From positions 1,144 to 65,143 of the forward strand of contig CAZGHN010000013.1 of assembly GCA_964525555.1 (NCBI GenBank): a DNA stretch of 64,000 nt, written 5' to 3'. This DNA is from an uncultured bacterium. GTDB taxonomy: Bacteria; Hydrothermota; UBA3072. The notes below the pieces were generated by a model that was given only the letters and a program-made list of their open reading frames with translations, ran no database searches and was not told the origin of the DNA. Numbering within the stretch: position 1 is the first letter of the stretch; each line of letters starts with the position of its first letter. The position numbers and the translations under genes were made by a program. Shown here piece by piece: positions 9,963-20,382 of this stretch.

Positions 9963-11003
9963 TTAATTAATTGTTTCCTTAAGATTCAAAAACTTCAATG
10001 TTAAAATACCGCCAACGATGACAACTAAATGATAAGTGATAAACCGCCATAAAATTGTAAACATACCCACAAGATAATGCGGTACAGAAGATGAAAATAA
10101 AACCGCGAAGCCGCCTTCAACTATACCTTCTCCACCCGGTGTGGGGAAAAAGAAAGAGGCAAAGAGTACAAAAACTTGCCTGAATATTGTATCAATATAA
10201 GAAACTTCTATTGAGAGACCTTTTAGTATAAAATAGGCTATAGAGTAATTTGGTATATAAACAATAATGGTTGTAATAAGAATAGCTAAAGAATATAATT
10301 TTTTTTTCTTAAAAAACTCGAATAATTTATTTCTGCTTACTTTTACTTCTCTCAAAAAAAGGAATGTTCTCCTTGTTCCCCTGGTTTTTTCCCCTTTTCT
10401 AAAGGTAAGAGAATAAATTAGCCTTTTTAGGTATTTAGGCATAGAGAGAATCAGGAAAAGTAAACTAAAAAGAAAAAGGTAAGCAAATATAAAATATCGA
10501 GATAATATTTGCATTGACTTTCCCGAGTACTCCGCTGTAAAAAATGGTAATATAAAAGGAAGAAAAACTATCATGCCCGAAAGATAGAAAAGACCTCTGA
10601 GTAAGAGCAGAAGCAATGTATCGCTGATTTTTAATCCAGCCTTATAAAGTACGTAAACCTGTAGGGGTGAACCCCCTGCTTGAAAGGGGGTGACTGCTGA
10701 AAGGAAAGCTCCGCAGAATATAACCTGGGAGCATCGTCCGAAGGCTATCCATTTTCCGGTGAGCGCTTTGGCAATAAGCCTTATCCTGAAAGATTCAAAG
10801 GTAATATATAAAGAAAGTGAAATAAAAACGATCGGTAAATAAAGGATGTCTATTTTTTTAAATGCCTGCCATGTTTCCTTAGTTGCGGTAAAAGCCATGA
10901 GCAATGTATAAGTTATTATTGAGAGAGCTAGAAATATTTTCAGCCCTTTTATTATCGAAGCTCTGGATATTCTACTTTTTTCTGAGTAAGATTGATGGGT
11001 CAT
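9963..11003 (-). CDS. polytopic membrane protein (flippase-like / LPG-synthase-TM-like family)
   Basis: At least 8 predicted TM helices; resembles the UPF0104/lysylphosphatidylglycerol-synthase TM-region family; overlaps the upstream pcrB-like gene by 32 nt (operon coupling). Confidence 0.4.
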   Translation of the reverse strand: MTHQSYSEKSRISRASIIKGLKIFLALSIITYTLLMAFTATKETWQAFKKIDILYLPIVFISLSLYITFESFRIRLIAKALTGKWIAFGRCSQVIFCGAFLSAVTPFQAGGSPLQVYVLYKAGLKISDTLLLLLLRGLFYLSGMIVFLPFILPFFTAEYSGKSMQILSRYFIFAYLFLFSLLFLILSMPKYLKRLIYSLTFRKGEKTRGTRRTFLFLREVKVSRNKLFEFFKKKKLYSLAILITTIIVYIPNYSIAYFILKGLSIEVSYIDTIFRQVFVLFASFFFPTPGGEGIVEGGFAVLFSSSVPHYLVGMFTILWRFITYHLVVIVGGILTLKFLNLKETIN

Positions 11004-11691
11004 TCTCTAACGCATTTCCTACTACTACAATATCCGCGCCTGCATTGTGTTTGCTTTCTACTTCCTTCCTGTTTTTTATTCCTCCGCCAACTATAAGAGG
11101 AATGTCTATTGTTGATTTAACCTTTTTTATAATTTCTTCTTTGACGGAAAATCTTGCACCACTTCCGCATTCCAGATATACCATCTTAATGCCGAGAAGC
11201 TGTGCAGCATATGCGGTGTTTATTATCTGCTCTACATTGTCCTGAAGGATGGGTTTTGTTCCTGAAACAAATTCAACTGTGGTTTTCCTCCCTCCATCAA
11301 TTAGAATATAACCAGTAGGGATAACTTCTAAGTCTATACCCTTAAGAATTGGTGCTGCTTTAATTTGTTCTTCTATTAAGTAACGAGGATTTCTTCCGCT
11401 TAGTAGAGAAAGAAAAAGTATTGCATCTGCCGCCGAACTAATCTGCTCGGCAGATCCGGGAAAAATAATAACAGGTTCTGAAGATAAATTTTTTACTCTC
11501 TGGGTAAACATTTCGAAGTTGTTGTTCCAGGTTGTGCTTCCCCCGACTAAGATAAAATCAATTTCACTTTCCTCAATTAACTTAATTTTTTTTTCGAGTC
11601 CTTCAAAGTCCTCGGTGTCAGGATCAAGAAGAGCCGCCATCATTTTCTCGTTGTTTTCTTTTTTGGAAAGTATTTTTCGATAAACACTCAT
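10972..11691 (-). CDS. pcrB: (hepta/geranylgeranyl)glyceryl phosphate synthase family protein (PcrB/GGGPS)
   Basis: TIM-barrel prenyl-glyceryl-phosphate synthase hallmarks: …IDFILVGGS…, …VYLECGSGA…, …PLIVGGGIK…ADIVVVGN; the ATG overlaps the alaS stop (ATGA). Confidence 0.75.
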   Translation of the reverse strand: MSVYRKILSKKENNEKMMAALLDPDTEDFEGLEKKIKLIEESEIDFILVGGSTTWNNNFEMFTQRVKNLSSEPVIIFPGSAEQISSAADAILFLSLLSGRNPRYLIEEQIKAAPILKGIDLEVIPTGYILIDGGRKTTVEFVSGTKPILQDNVEQIINTAYAAQLLGIKMVYLECGSGARFSVKEEIIKKVKSTIDIPLIVGGGIKNRKEVESKHNAGADIVVVGNALENDPSILLRKK

Positions 11692-14240
11692 TTAAGTTCT
11701 TTTTTCAGGATTTCGGGAAATCTTTTTAGCATTTCCGGGATTTTGGAAACCTCACTCCCCCCACCTTCTGCCCTTTCTCGGCTCCCACCCCCTCCGCCGT
11801 TAACTATTTTGCATGCTTTTTTGATTAATTCGCCGGCATTTAGTTTTTCTTTTAAGTCTTTACCGACAAATAAGACTACGAAAGCCGAAGTATCGATTTT
11901 ACTAACAAGAAGACCTGCTCCCTGGGGCATAAGTTCTCTTGCCTTTTCGGAAATTTTTCTCAAAGATTCTCTGCTTACGTCAATCTGAGCTGCGACATAA
12001 GCATATTTTCCAATTTTAGAAGTATTTTTCATTAATTCATTAAAACGTACTTCGGCTGCTTGATTATCCATTTTCTCTATTTTTTTCTTTTGTTCCTTAA
12101 GCAAGGACATAGTCTTTTCAATTCTTATTGGAAGGCTTTTTCTGTCGGTATCAAGAAGAAATTCCATCTCTTGTATCAGATTTTCCGCCTCTCTCATCCA
12201 TTTATATGTTGAAACTCCAGTAATGCCCTCAATTCTTCTGACTCCGGACGCTATTCCGGTCTCGGAAGTGATTTTAAAAAGTCCGGCTTCGATTGTATTC
12301 TTAAGATGCGTTCCTCCACATAACTCTTTTGAGAAATCATCAACAGAAATCATGCGAACCGTATCTCCGTATTCTTCTGTAAAAAGAGCGACTGCTCCTT
12401 TCTTTACTGCCTCTTCGTAAGGAATAACTTCCGTTTTAACTTCCATACCTTTAGCAATAGCCTTATTAACTTCTTCTTCTATCGATTCTATTTCCTCTGT
12501 TTCCAAAGGCTTCGGGTGAGTAAAATCAAAACGGAAATGATCGGGAACAACTAATGATCCTTCTTGTTTTACCCAGTCCCCAAGAACTTCCTTTAAAACT
12601 TTATGTAGCAAGTGAGTAGTAGTATGGTTTTTTCTTATTGCGTTTCTTCTTTCCGCATTTATTCTTGCGTTTACTTCTGAAACCGCGAACTCTCCTTTGA
12701 GTTTTCCTGTATGCACATTACCAAGTTTTGAAGGTATTGTGTTTTCTACTTTTAACTCCCACCCTTCACCTTTTATTACTCCAGTATCACCAACCTGTCC
12801 ACCTTGTTCTGCGTAGAAAGGAGTTTCGCTTAAAACAACCTCGAAATCTGCGGCATTCTTTCTAAAAGCTAAAATTTCGGTTACCGATTCTTCTGTATCG
12901 TAACCGATAAATTTCGATACAGCGTTTTTTACAATTTCCCACTCTATTTTGTCATCAGTTTCAAAATCGTGTTTTTGACGTGCTCTATCCTTCTGCTTTT
13001 CCATTTCCTTTTCAAAACCTTTCTCATCGACAGAAAGCTCTTCTTCTTCTGCTATTTCCTTGGTCAAGGTAACAGGAAAACCATAGGTGTCATACAGTTT
13101 AAAGGCTTGCGCTCCGTCTATAATTGAAATTTTCTTTTTCTTGCAATCATCTATAACTTCATTTAATATGGAAATACCGGCGGTGAGTGTGCTGATAAAG
13201 TTTTCTTCTTCCGCTTTAATGATAAGCGTGCTTTGTTCAATCTTTTCAGAAAGGTAGGGGTAGCGATTTTTCATTATCGAAGTAGCTGAAGGGACAAGTC
13301 TGTTCAATATTGGTTCGTCTATTCCTATCCTTCTTGCCGAAGTTAAAGCACGACGGACCAGTCTTCTAAGTACATATCCTCTTCCTGTATTACTTGGATA
13401 CACTCCTTCGCTTATTGCGAAAACGAGAGCCCGGATGTGATCGGCAATAATGTTATGATTTTTTTCGTTTCCTTTATATTCTACGCCGGTAAGTCCTTCG
13501 ATTTTCTGGATTATGGGAAAGAAAAGATCTGTTTCAAATATAGAAGCCTTCTGTTGCATTACCATTGCGAGGCGCTCTAATCCCATTCCTGTATCGACAC
13601 CTTTATTTTTGAGCGGCTTTCTACCTTCTTCAGTGTGATCGTATTGTGGAAAAACATGATTCCACAATTCTATATATCTATCACATTCTCCATCAAACTT
13701 ACAATCCCCAAACTTTTCCTCCATATCATAGAAAATCTCTGTATCGGGACCACAGGGCCCTCTACCTCCGGCAGGCCCCCAGAAATTATCATCCCGTCTA
13801 ATTATCTTTTTTTCAGGAACGCTGATTTTGTCTTTCCATATATTATAGGCCTCATCGTCTTCAGTATAAACTGATATATAAAGTTTTTCCTCAGGAATTC
13901 CGAGGACTTTCGTTAAGAATTCCCACCCCCAGGTAATAGTTTCCTCTTTAAAATAATCCCCAAACGAGAAATTCCCAAGCATTTCAAAAAATGTATCATG
14001 CCAGAAAGTTTTACCTACTTCAGTCAAATCAGAAAGTCTAAGACATTTCTGAACAGAAGTTGCTCTTTTAAATTCAAGGGGTATCTCGCCGGACCATAAT
14101 GGCTTAAATTGAACCATACCTGCAGAAGTGAAGAGTATTGTTTTATCGCTGGGAACAAGCGGCGATGAATCAACTATTTTATGCTCTTTTTCTTTGAAAA
14201 AATTAAGAAATTCTTCCGTTAATTTATCTGAATTCCACAT
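11688..14240 (-). CDS. alaS: alanine--tRNA ligase
   Basis: 850 aa; class II core, HTTTHLLH editing-domain motif, CGGTH zinc motif, C-terminal DHHA1-like GGGGS region. Confidence 0.95.
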   Translation of the reverse strand: MWNSDKLTEEFLNFFKEKEHKIVDSSPLVPSDKTILFTSAGMVQFKPLWSGEIPLEFKRATSVQKCLRLSDLTEVGKTFWHDTFFEMLGNFSFGDYFKEETITWGWEFLTKVLGIPEEKLYISVYTEDDEAYNIWKDKISVPEKKIIRRDDNFWGPAGGRGPCGPDTEIFYDMEEKFGDCKFDGECDRYIELWNHVFPQYDHTEEGRKPLKNKGVDTGMGLERLAMVMQQKASIFETDLFFPIIQKIEGLTGVEYKGNEKNHNIIADHIRALVFAISEGVYPSNTGRGYVLRRLVRRALTSARRIGIDEPILNRLVPSATSIMKNRYPYLSEKIEQSTLIIKAEEENFISTLTAGISILNEVIDDCKKKKISIIDGAQAFKLYDTYGFPVTLTKEIAEEEELSVDEKGFEKEMEKQKDRARQKHDFETDDKIEWEIVKNAVSKFIGYDTEESVTEILAFRKNAADFEVVLSETPFYAEQGGQVGDTGVIKGEGWELKVENTIPSKLGNVHTGKLKGEFAVSEVNARINAERRNAIRKNHTTTHLLHKVLKEVLGDWVKQEGSLVVPDHFRFDFTHPKPLETEEIESIEEEVNKAIAKGMEVKTEVIPYEEAVKKGAVALFTEEYGDTVRMISVDDFSKELCGGTHLKNTIEAGLFKITSETGIASGVRRIEGITGVSTYKWMREAENLIQEMEFLLDTDRKSLPIRIEKTMSLLKEQKKKIEKMDNQAAEVRFNELMKNTSKIGKYAYVAAQIDVSRESLRKISEKARELMPQGAGLLVSKIDTSAFVVLFVGKDLKEKLNAGELIKKACKIVNGGGGGSRERAEGGGSEVSKIPEMLKRFPEILKKELK

Positions 14241-14606
14241 AGCTCATAATAATAAAGTCTATATTATTGTCAAGTTTGAAGAATTAGTAAATCTAAAAGT
14301 AACATTAGTATAAATCCGTAAATTTTCTCCCGCTGTAATCGAATTTCATTTTTTTTAAATCTTCTCCATATCATAATATTCTAATTATAATTTTTTCTTT
14401 CTTTTCCACACAGTTATCATTATATTTTATTGTAATAGTTACCGAAAAATCTTTAAGCTGTCAAGCTTTAAACAACCAAAATCTCAAATTTCTTAAATGT
14501 AGAAATTTTAATGACTTTTACCAATCAACGAACTAACAAATTTGCTAATATACTCAATTCTATCTGCAACTTACTTCCGACTTTTTATCCCTTAAATATT
14601 ATCTCT

Positions 14607-14641
14607 TGACGTCACCGCTTTTCTTCGTATAATGCAACAAT
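14607..14641 (+). promoter_or_regulatory. sigma70-like promoter (TTGACG-17-TATAAT) upstream of the polyamine operon
   Basis: cTTGACGtcaccgcttttcttcgTATAATg read directly; about 50 nt upstream of the 14689 start. Confidence 0.4.
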
Positions 14642-14688
14642 ATTATAAAATCAATAAATTATGATTTATTCCTGGAGGAAATAGCAAA

Positions 14689-15720
14689 ATGAAAAAGAAA
14701 GAGTACTTAAATAAAGAAATAAAACACATAGATATAAAAAGCTTTAATTCTATACCAATTATCGAACAGTTCGAGAAAACAGCTTTCCAGGCAAGAAACT
14801 TATCACGAGCTGCAAAAATATATGATAAGATGTTATCCGATAAAAACTGCTCTATTATATTATGCCTTGCCGGTTCTCTTTTTAGTGCAGGATTAAAGAA
14901 AATAGTATATGATATGATAAAAAATAATATGATAGATGTTATTGTTTCTACCGGTGCAATTATAGTGGATCAGGACTTTTTTGAAGCACTTGGATTTAAG
15001 CACTTCCAGGGAACACCGCAAAGCGACGATAACGAATTAATGGAAATAATGATCGATAGAATTTACGATACATACATAGATGAGGAACATCTAAGAATAT
15101 GTGATATGACAATAAATGAAATCGCAGACGGCCTTAAACCTGTCCCTTATTCTTCCCGCGAATTTATTAAGTTTATGGGTAAATATCTCAAAGAAAAAGA
15201 CAAAGGTAAAGAATCAGTGGTTCGCATTGCTTACGAAAAAGATCTGCCGATATTCGTACCAGCTTTTTCCGATTCTAGTGCCGGTTTTGGTCTAGTCTAT
15301 CATCAATGGAATCTCAAAGACAAATCTAAAGTATCAATAGACTCCGCTAAAGATTTCCTTGAATTGACTAAAATAAAGGTAAGCGCTAAAGAAACCGGTC
15401 TGGTAATGATTGGTGGAGGAGTCCCTAAAAACTTTGCTCAGGATGTAACTGTGGCTGCCGATATTCTCGGAAAAGAAGTAAATATGCATAAATACGCAAT
15501 ACAGATAACGGTCGCGGATGAAAGAGACGGAGGATTGTCGGGATCGACTTTAAAAGAGGCCCACTCATGGGGAAAAGTTGATGAAGGGTCCGAACAGATG
15601 GTCTTCTCAGAAGCAACTATAGCATTTCCTCTTTTAGCAAGCTATGCCTTTCATAAGGGTAGCTGGAAAAAAAGAAAGGAAAAGAAATTTAATTTTATGT
15701 TAGACAAAAAGGAGACCTGA
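14689..15720 (+). CDS. deoxyhypusine synthase-like protein (probable homospermidine/polyamine aminobutyl transferase)
   Basis: DHS family length and motifs (…STGAIIVDQD…, …MIGGGVPKNF…); operonic with pdaD and speB. Confidence 0.75.
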   Translation: MKKKEYLNKEIKHIDIKSFNSIPIIEQFEKTAFQARNLSRAAKIYDKMLSDKNCSIILCLAGSLFSAGLKKIVYDMIKNNMIDVIVSTGAIIVDQDFFEALGFKHFQGTPQSDDNELMEIMIDRIYDTYIDEEHLRICDMTINEIADGLKPVPYSSREFIKFMGKYLKEKDKGKESVVRIAYEKDLPIFVPAFSDSSAGFGLVYHQWNLKDKSKVSIDSAKDFLELTKIKVSAKETGLVMIGGGVPKNFAQDVTVAADILGKEVNMHKYAIQITVADERDGGLSGSTLKEAHSWGKVDEGSEQMVFSEATIAFPLLASYAFHKGSWKKRKEKKFNFMLDKKET

Positions 15721-15723
15721 CAA

Positions 15724-16266
15724 ATGATACCCAAAAAAGTATTTTTCACTAAAGGAGTCGGTATTCATAAGGATAATCTAGCTTCTTTTGAGCTTGCACT
15801 GAGAAATGCCGGTATTGAAAAATGTAATTTGGTAAATGTTTCAAGTATTTTACCTCCTTATTGTAAAGAAATCAAGAAAGAAAGTGGATTTGCAGAGTTA
15901 AAAGCAGGTGAAATTACTTTCGTAGTAATGGCAAGAAATTCTACTAATGAACCTAATAGGCTTGTATCTGCAGCTATCGGAGTTGCAGTGCCAAAGGAGA
16001 AAAACAATTACGGGTACTTATCAGAACATCATGCTTTTGGAGAGACTGCCAAGAAGAGCGGCGAATATGCTGAGGATCTCGCTGCCACCATGCTTGCATC
16101 AACACTCGGCATACCTTTTGACTCAGACCAGGCATGGGATGAAAGGAAGCAGGTATATAAAGCAAGCGAGCATATATTTAAAACACGTAATATTTGTCAA
16201 TCTGCACAGGGAAATAAAGACGGTTTATGGACTACCGTTATAGCGGCAGCAGTTTTTATAACATAA
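15724..16266 (+). CDS. pdaD: pyruvoyl-dependent arginine decarboxylase
   Basis: About 180 aa; PdaD family with the self-cleavage Ser-Ser site (…[11 protein letters not shown]…). Confidence 0.8.
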   Translation: MIPKKVFFTKGVGIHKDNLASFELALRNAGIEKCNLVNVSSILPPYCKEIKKESGFAELKAGEITFVVMARNSTNEPNRLVSAAIGVAVPKEKNNYGYLSEHHAFGETAKKSGEYAEDLAATMLASTLGIPFDSDQAWDERKQVYKASEHIFKTRNICQSAQGNKDGLWTTVIAAAVFIT

Positions 16267-16271
16267 AGTAA

Positions 16272-17129
16272 ATGTCTGAACCAGTCCCTTATAATTTCGG
16301 AGGGCTTGAAGATAAGTTTTCCAATTATGCGACTGCAAAAACAGTCGTTCTGCCAGTACCTTTTGATAAAACAAGTTCGTGGTTAAGGGGTTCGGACAGA
16401 GGGCCAAAAGCAATTATTGAAGCATCCATGAACTTGGAACTTTACGACCTCGAAACAAATACAGAAGTATATAAAAATGGAATATTTACCTCAAAAGAGA
16501 TTCTATCCGACAGTTCAGAAGAAATGATAGAATCTGTTTATGAGCGAGTCACCGAATTAATAAAAGATAATAAATTCGTTGTAACCCTGGGGGGAGAACA
16601 CACAATTTCCCTCCCCGCAATAAACGCACACCATAATATTTATAAAAAAATGTCTATTCTTCACTTAGACGCACATTCAGATATGAGAGATTCATATCTT
16701 GATAACAAATTAAGCCACGCATGCGTAATGGCGAGAGTGAAAGAAATAAACGAGAATATAATTTCAGTCGGAATAAGGAGCTTTGACTCATCGGAATTAA
16801 ATAATATAAATAAAAACAACACTTTTTTTGCAAAAGATATTTACAATTCTGAAAACTGGATAGAAAAAGCAATAAGCAAACTTGACCAGAATGTTTATAT
16901 ATCAATAGATCTAGATGTCTTCGATCCTTCGGTCATGCCTTCTACAGGTACTCCGGAACCCGGCGGTTTGGATTGGTACACGTTAACCGGTTTTCTTAAA
17001 GAGGTCTGTAAAAATAGGAACTTAATTGGTTTTGATGTTGTAGAACTCTGTCCTGCTGAAACTGTGGCGCCGGATTTCCTAGCGGCTAAATTAATATACA
17101 AATTACTTAGTTATAAATTCTCGTTATAA
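16272..17129 (+). CDS. speB: agmatinase (arginase-family ureohydrolase)
   Basis: Mn-binding motifs GGEHTIS, HLDAHSD, DLDVFDP…STGTPEPGGL. Confidence 0.85.
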   Translation: MSEPVPYNFGGLEDKFSNYATAKTVVLPVPFDKTSSWLRGSDRGPKAIIEASMNLELYDLETNTEVYKNGIFTSKEILSDSSEEMIESVYERVTELIKDNKFVVTLGGEHTISLPAINAHHNIYKKMSILHLDAHSDMRDSYLDNKLSHACVMARVKEINENIISVGIRSFDSSELNNINKNNTFFAKDIYNSENWIEKAISKLDQNVYISIDLDVFDPSVMPSTGTPEPGGLDWYTLTGFLKEVCKNRNLIGFDVVELCPAETVAPDFLAAKLIYKLLSYKFSL

Positions 17130-17309
17130 AAAAAACAATAATGGTTATATATACAACGCATAGTTATGACCCAAAAAACTCGCAATTTCTGAAATATAGA
17201 AACTAATTAAATCCGTTCAAAGAGATAGAAAATTCTTTTTTTCTCTGTGTTTCCGTCTTAATTAAAAACTCCTTGACTTTTTTCTTAAATAAACGATTAT
17301 GAAGGCATA

Positions 17310-18503
17310 ATGAACGTTGTAATATTAAGTAATTCCTATGGAGAAGACAGAAGCGGGGCTTTAATTGCAAAAGAACTCAAAAAACTTGATAAAAAAACAA
17401 GAATTAGAGCTTTTCCTCTTATTTCTTTCGGTGAGGAATACGAAAAAAGAAATATCAAAGTCATAGGGGGACATCCGCCTCCGCCTTCAGGCGGATTTCT
17501 TTTAAAAAGTACAAAAAAATTTTTTGCGGATATCGCCAAAGCTCTATTTCTTCCTTTCTTTTATATAGACCGCCTCCGGATATTCAGAGAAAGCACTGAT
17601 ATTGTTATAGTCATAGGAGATTTCCCCTTACTAATTCTTGGATATATCTCTTTACGCAAAAAAGCATACTTTCTAGAACAATGTAAATCCAATTATATAC
17701 ATCCACATTTACCTTTCGAAAGATTTTTTATGCGTGAGATAACCAAAAAAGTTTTCACTCACGACGAAATCACCGCAGATGATTTAGATAAGAAAGGTAT
17801 AAATGCCGAATTTGTAGGCAATCCAATGATGGATGATTTATCGGAAGAAAAAAACTACTGTCCTCCCAAGGGTAAAACGCTAATCGGATTACTACCGGGC
17901 TCACGAAAAGAAGCTTATAATAATATGAAAAAAATAGCTAAAATAATAAAAAAGCTCATGAAAATGAACAAAAATTTGCATTTTGCAGTTGCTCTCTCTG
18001 AAACAGTCCAAAAAAATAAAATTGAAAAAATCTTATTTAATTTACCGAATAAAGTTGACATCTGTTACGGAAGTTTCGTTGACATAGTAAAAAAGTCACA
18101 ACTTGTTATAAGTCTTGGAGGAACTGCTAGTGAACAATCCCTTTATCTTCAATCTCCGGTAATATCTTTTCCCGGAAGCGGAGCACAAAATACCAAACGC
18201 AGGCTTAATGGTCAAAAAAAATTACTGGGAGAAGCATTTATACTTCTGAATTACAAACCGGAAAAAATAGCTGAAGAAATGTTAGAATTACTGAAGAATA
18301 AAAAATCACTTAATCTTCTTAAATCAAAAGGTAAGAAAAGAGCCGGTAAGTCAGGCGGGGCACAAAAGATAGCTAACTATATATATTATAAAGAAGTAGA
18401 AAGCAAGAAGTCAGGCAGAGAATTCAGTAGTCAAAATATAGAATTCAGAATCCCCTTTCACCCTAAAAAATTAAAACATCAAAAAAATGAAAAAGAAAAT
18501 TGA
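17310..18503 (+). CDS. lipid-A-disaccharide synthase-related glycosyltransferase (GT19-like)
   Basis: N-terminal …ILSNSYGEDRSGALIAKELKK… and LLPGSRKEA resemble LpxB (…AGETSGDILGAGLIRALK…, LLPGSR); divergent. Confidence 0.45.
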   Translation: MNVVILSNSYGEDRSGALIAKELKKLDKKTRIRAFPLISFGEEYEKRNIKVIGGHPPPPSGGFLLKSTKKFFADIAKALFLPFFYIDRLRIFRESTDIVIVIGDFPLLILGYISLRKKAYFLEQCKSNYIHPHLPFERFFMREITKKVFTHDEITADDLDKKGINAEFVGNPMMDDLSEEKNYCPPKGKTLIGLLPGSRKEAYNNMKKIAKIIKKLMKMNKNLHFAVALSETVQKNKIEKILFNLPNKVDICYGSFVDIVKKSQLVISLGGTASEQSLYLQSPVISFPGSGAQNTKRRLNGQKKLLGEAFILLNYKPEKIAEEMLELLKNKKSLNLLKSKGKKRAGKSGGAQKIANYIYYKEVESKKSGREFSSQNIEFRIPFHPKKLKHQKNEKEN

Positions 18504-19410
18504 AGCAACAGTAGTTCTTCCTACCTTCAATAGACTACCGGTACTAAAAGAATGCTTATCTGCACTATCAAACCAAACAACAAAAAGCTTCGAGATTATA
18601 CTTATAGATGACTGTTCCACGGACGGGACAGGTGAATATATTAAAAAATGCGATCTTAACAATTTAAGATACATACGCCTAAAAAAACGTTCAGGACCGT
18701 ATTACGCCAGAAATCTCGGAATCAGAGAAGCAAAAGGAGAGATAATAATATTTATCGATTCTGACGTAATTGTCTTTCCGGATTTTGTCGAAGACCATAT
18801 AAAAATCCATAAAAAAAGAGATGATCTCGCTGTCCAGGGTATGGTTAAACACGTAAATAATATAAAAAAATTTAATATGGAAAATTTTTATATTCCAAAT
18901 GCCCTTTGTCTTAGAACCTTTATAACTCAAAATGCGTCTATAAGAAGAAAATATCTTATCGCCGTAGGCGGTTTTGACCAATTCGGCGATCAAATGGGAT
19001 ACAAAGATGTAGATATGGGATTAAAACTAATGGATCTGAAACTAAAATGGATATATGGAATAAGAAGTTGTAAAGCTTTTCACATCGATGGTGATACAAC
19101 GGAAGAAAACCTTAAGAAAACCTTTGAAAAATGGAAACAACAGGGGTATTCTGCATATTATTTTGTTAAGAAATGGGGAAAAAGGGGCGAAAAATATGCA
19201 AGAACTAAAAGAGCTCTATTTTACTCCAGAGTTTTCAACACCAAACGCTGGGTTGAAAATAAAAATATCTGTAAAATAATTATTGAAAGCAAAAAAAACT
19301 TAAAGATAAGTGCAAGTTTACTTAAAGGAATAGCGCGTTACCATTATAGAAGCAAAGGAATAAATAATGCAATCAACGATGAAAGCATCAGGAATAGTAG
19401 TAACGCATAA
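18487..19410 (+). CDS. family 2 glycosyltransferase
   Basis: VVLPTFNR…ILIDDCSTDGT…IFIDSDV (DXD) GT-A signature. Confidence 0.7.
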   Translation: MKKKIEATVVLPTFNRLPVLKECLSALSNQTTKSFEIILIDDCSTDGTGEYIKKCDLNNLRYIRLKKRSGPYYARNLGIREAKGEIIIFIDSDVIVFPDFVEDHIKIHKKRDDLAVQGMVKHVNNIKKFNMENFYIPNALCLRTFITQNASIRRKYLIAVGGFDQFGDQMGYKDVDMGLKLMDLKLKWIYGIRSCKAFHIDGDTTEENLKKTFEKWKQQGYSAYYFVKKWGKRGEKYARTKRALFYSRVFNTKRWVENKNICKIIIESKKNLKISASLLKGIARYHYRSKGINNAINDESIRNSSNA

Positions 19411-20287
19411 CCGCGGAGCTATTTTAAAACACTGTATTAATAAACTGTTGGACCAAACAGCAGATGGTTACGAAGTTATAGTGGTCGATGACGGCTCCAA
19501 TGATGGGTCAGAAAAAACGATAAAAAGAATCAAAGACAACAAGTTTCGATATCTTAGAAACAATAAAAAAAAGGGACAATCATACGCGAGAAACAAGGGA
19601 ATAGATGCAGCAAAGGGAGAAATTATTATATTTGTTGATTCCGATGTTCTTGTTGATAAAAATTTTATTCGCGACCATATAAACATTCACAACAGAAAAG
19701 ACAAACTGATTGTTCAGGGTATGGTAAGACACATACGTCGAATTGAAGACTACGGTACTCTTAATTTACTGATTGATGGACTTTGCCTTGCGGGACTTAT
19801 AACTCAAAATGTTTCTGTAAAGAAAAAATATCTCCTTGAAGTCGGAGCATTTGACGAATCTTTTGGAGATACAATGGGTTATATGGATGTGGAAATTGGC
19901 AGAAGACTGAAAAAGGACCTCGGATTAAAAACAGTTTATGCTTTTAGGAATTGTCTCGCCTGGCATTTCGACGGATATGAAACAGATGATAAAATCAGGT
20001 CTATCATAAAGAAGTCTTACGAAAGAGGGAAAAATGCAGTAATATTTGCACAAAAACATGGTAGAACTGTTGCTGCTCGCCATGTTAAAAAATCCTACGC
20101 CGATTTAATCACCAGGATATGCGGAACAGAACAATGGATAGAAGAAAAGGGAATAAAGTACCTTATGAATCATAAGGATAGTTTATCTTATCCCTTTTTG
20201 AAGTGGATCATAAAATACCATTATAGAAATAAAGGCATAAGAGAGGCTCTTGAAGAAAATAACAAAAATATAAAGGATAAGATTTAA
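19367..20287 (+). CDS. family 2 glycosyltransferase (paralog of the upstream gene)
   Basis: GIVVTHNR…IVVDDGSNDGS…IFVDSDV; about 40% identical to the previous ORF over full length; the starts and stops overlap. Confidence 0.7.
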   Translation: MQSTMKASGIVVTHNRGAILKHCINKLLDQTADGYEVIVVDDGSNDGSEKTIKRIKDNKFRYLRNNKKKGQSYARNKGIDAAKGEIIIFVDSDVLVDKNFIRDHINIHNRKDKLIVQGMVRHIRRIEDYGTLNLLIDGLCLAGLITQNVSVKKKYLLEVGAFDESFGDTMGYMDVEIGRRLKKDLGLKTVYAFRNCLAWHFDGYETDDKIRSIIKKSYERGKNAVIFAQKHGRTVAARHVKKSYADLITRICGTEQWIEEKGIKYLMNHKDSLSYPFLKWIIKYHYRNKGIREALEENNKNIKDKI

Positions 20288-20382
20288 CAAAAAGGTAGAA
20301 TTTACAATAGGGGTTGACAACAATTTACGAAAAATTATATTGAAAAGCCCCAAACAAATACATAAAGTGAGAAGGAGGTAGA

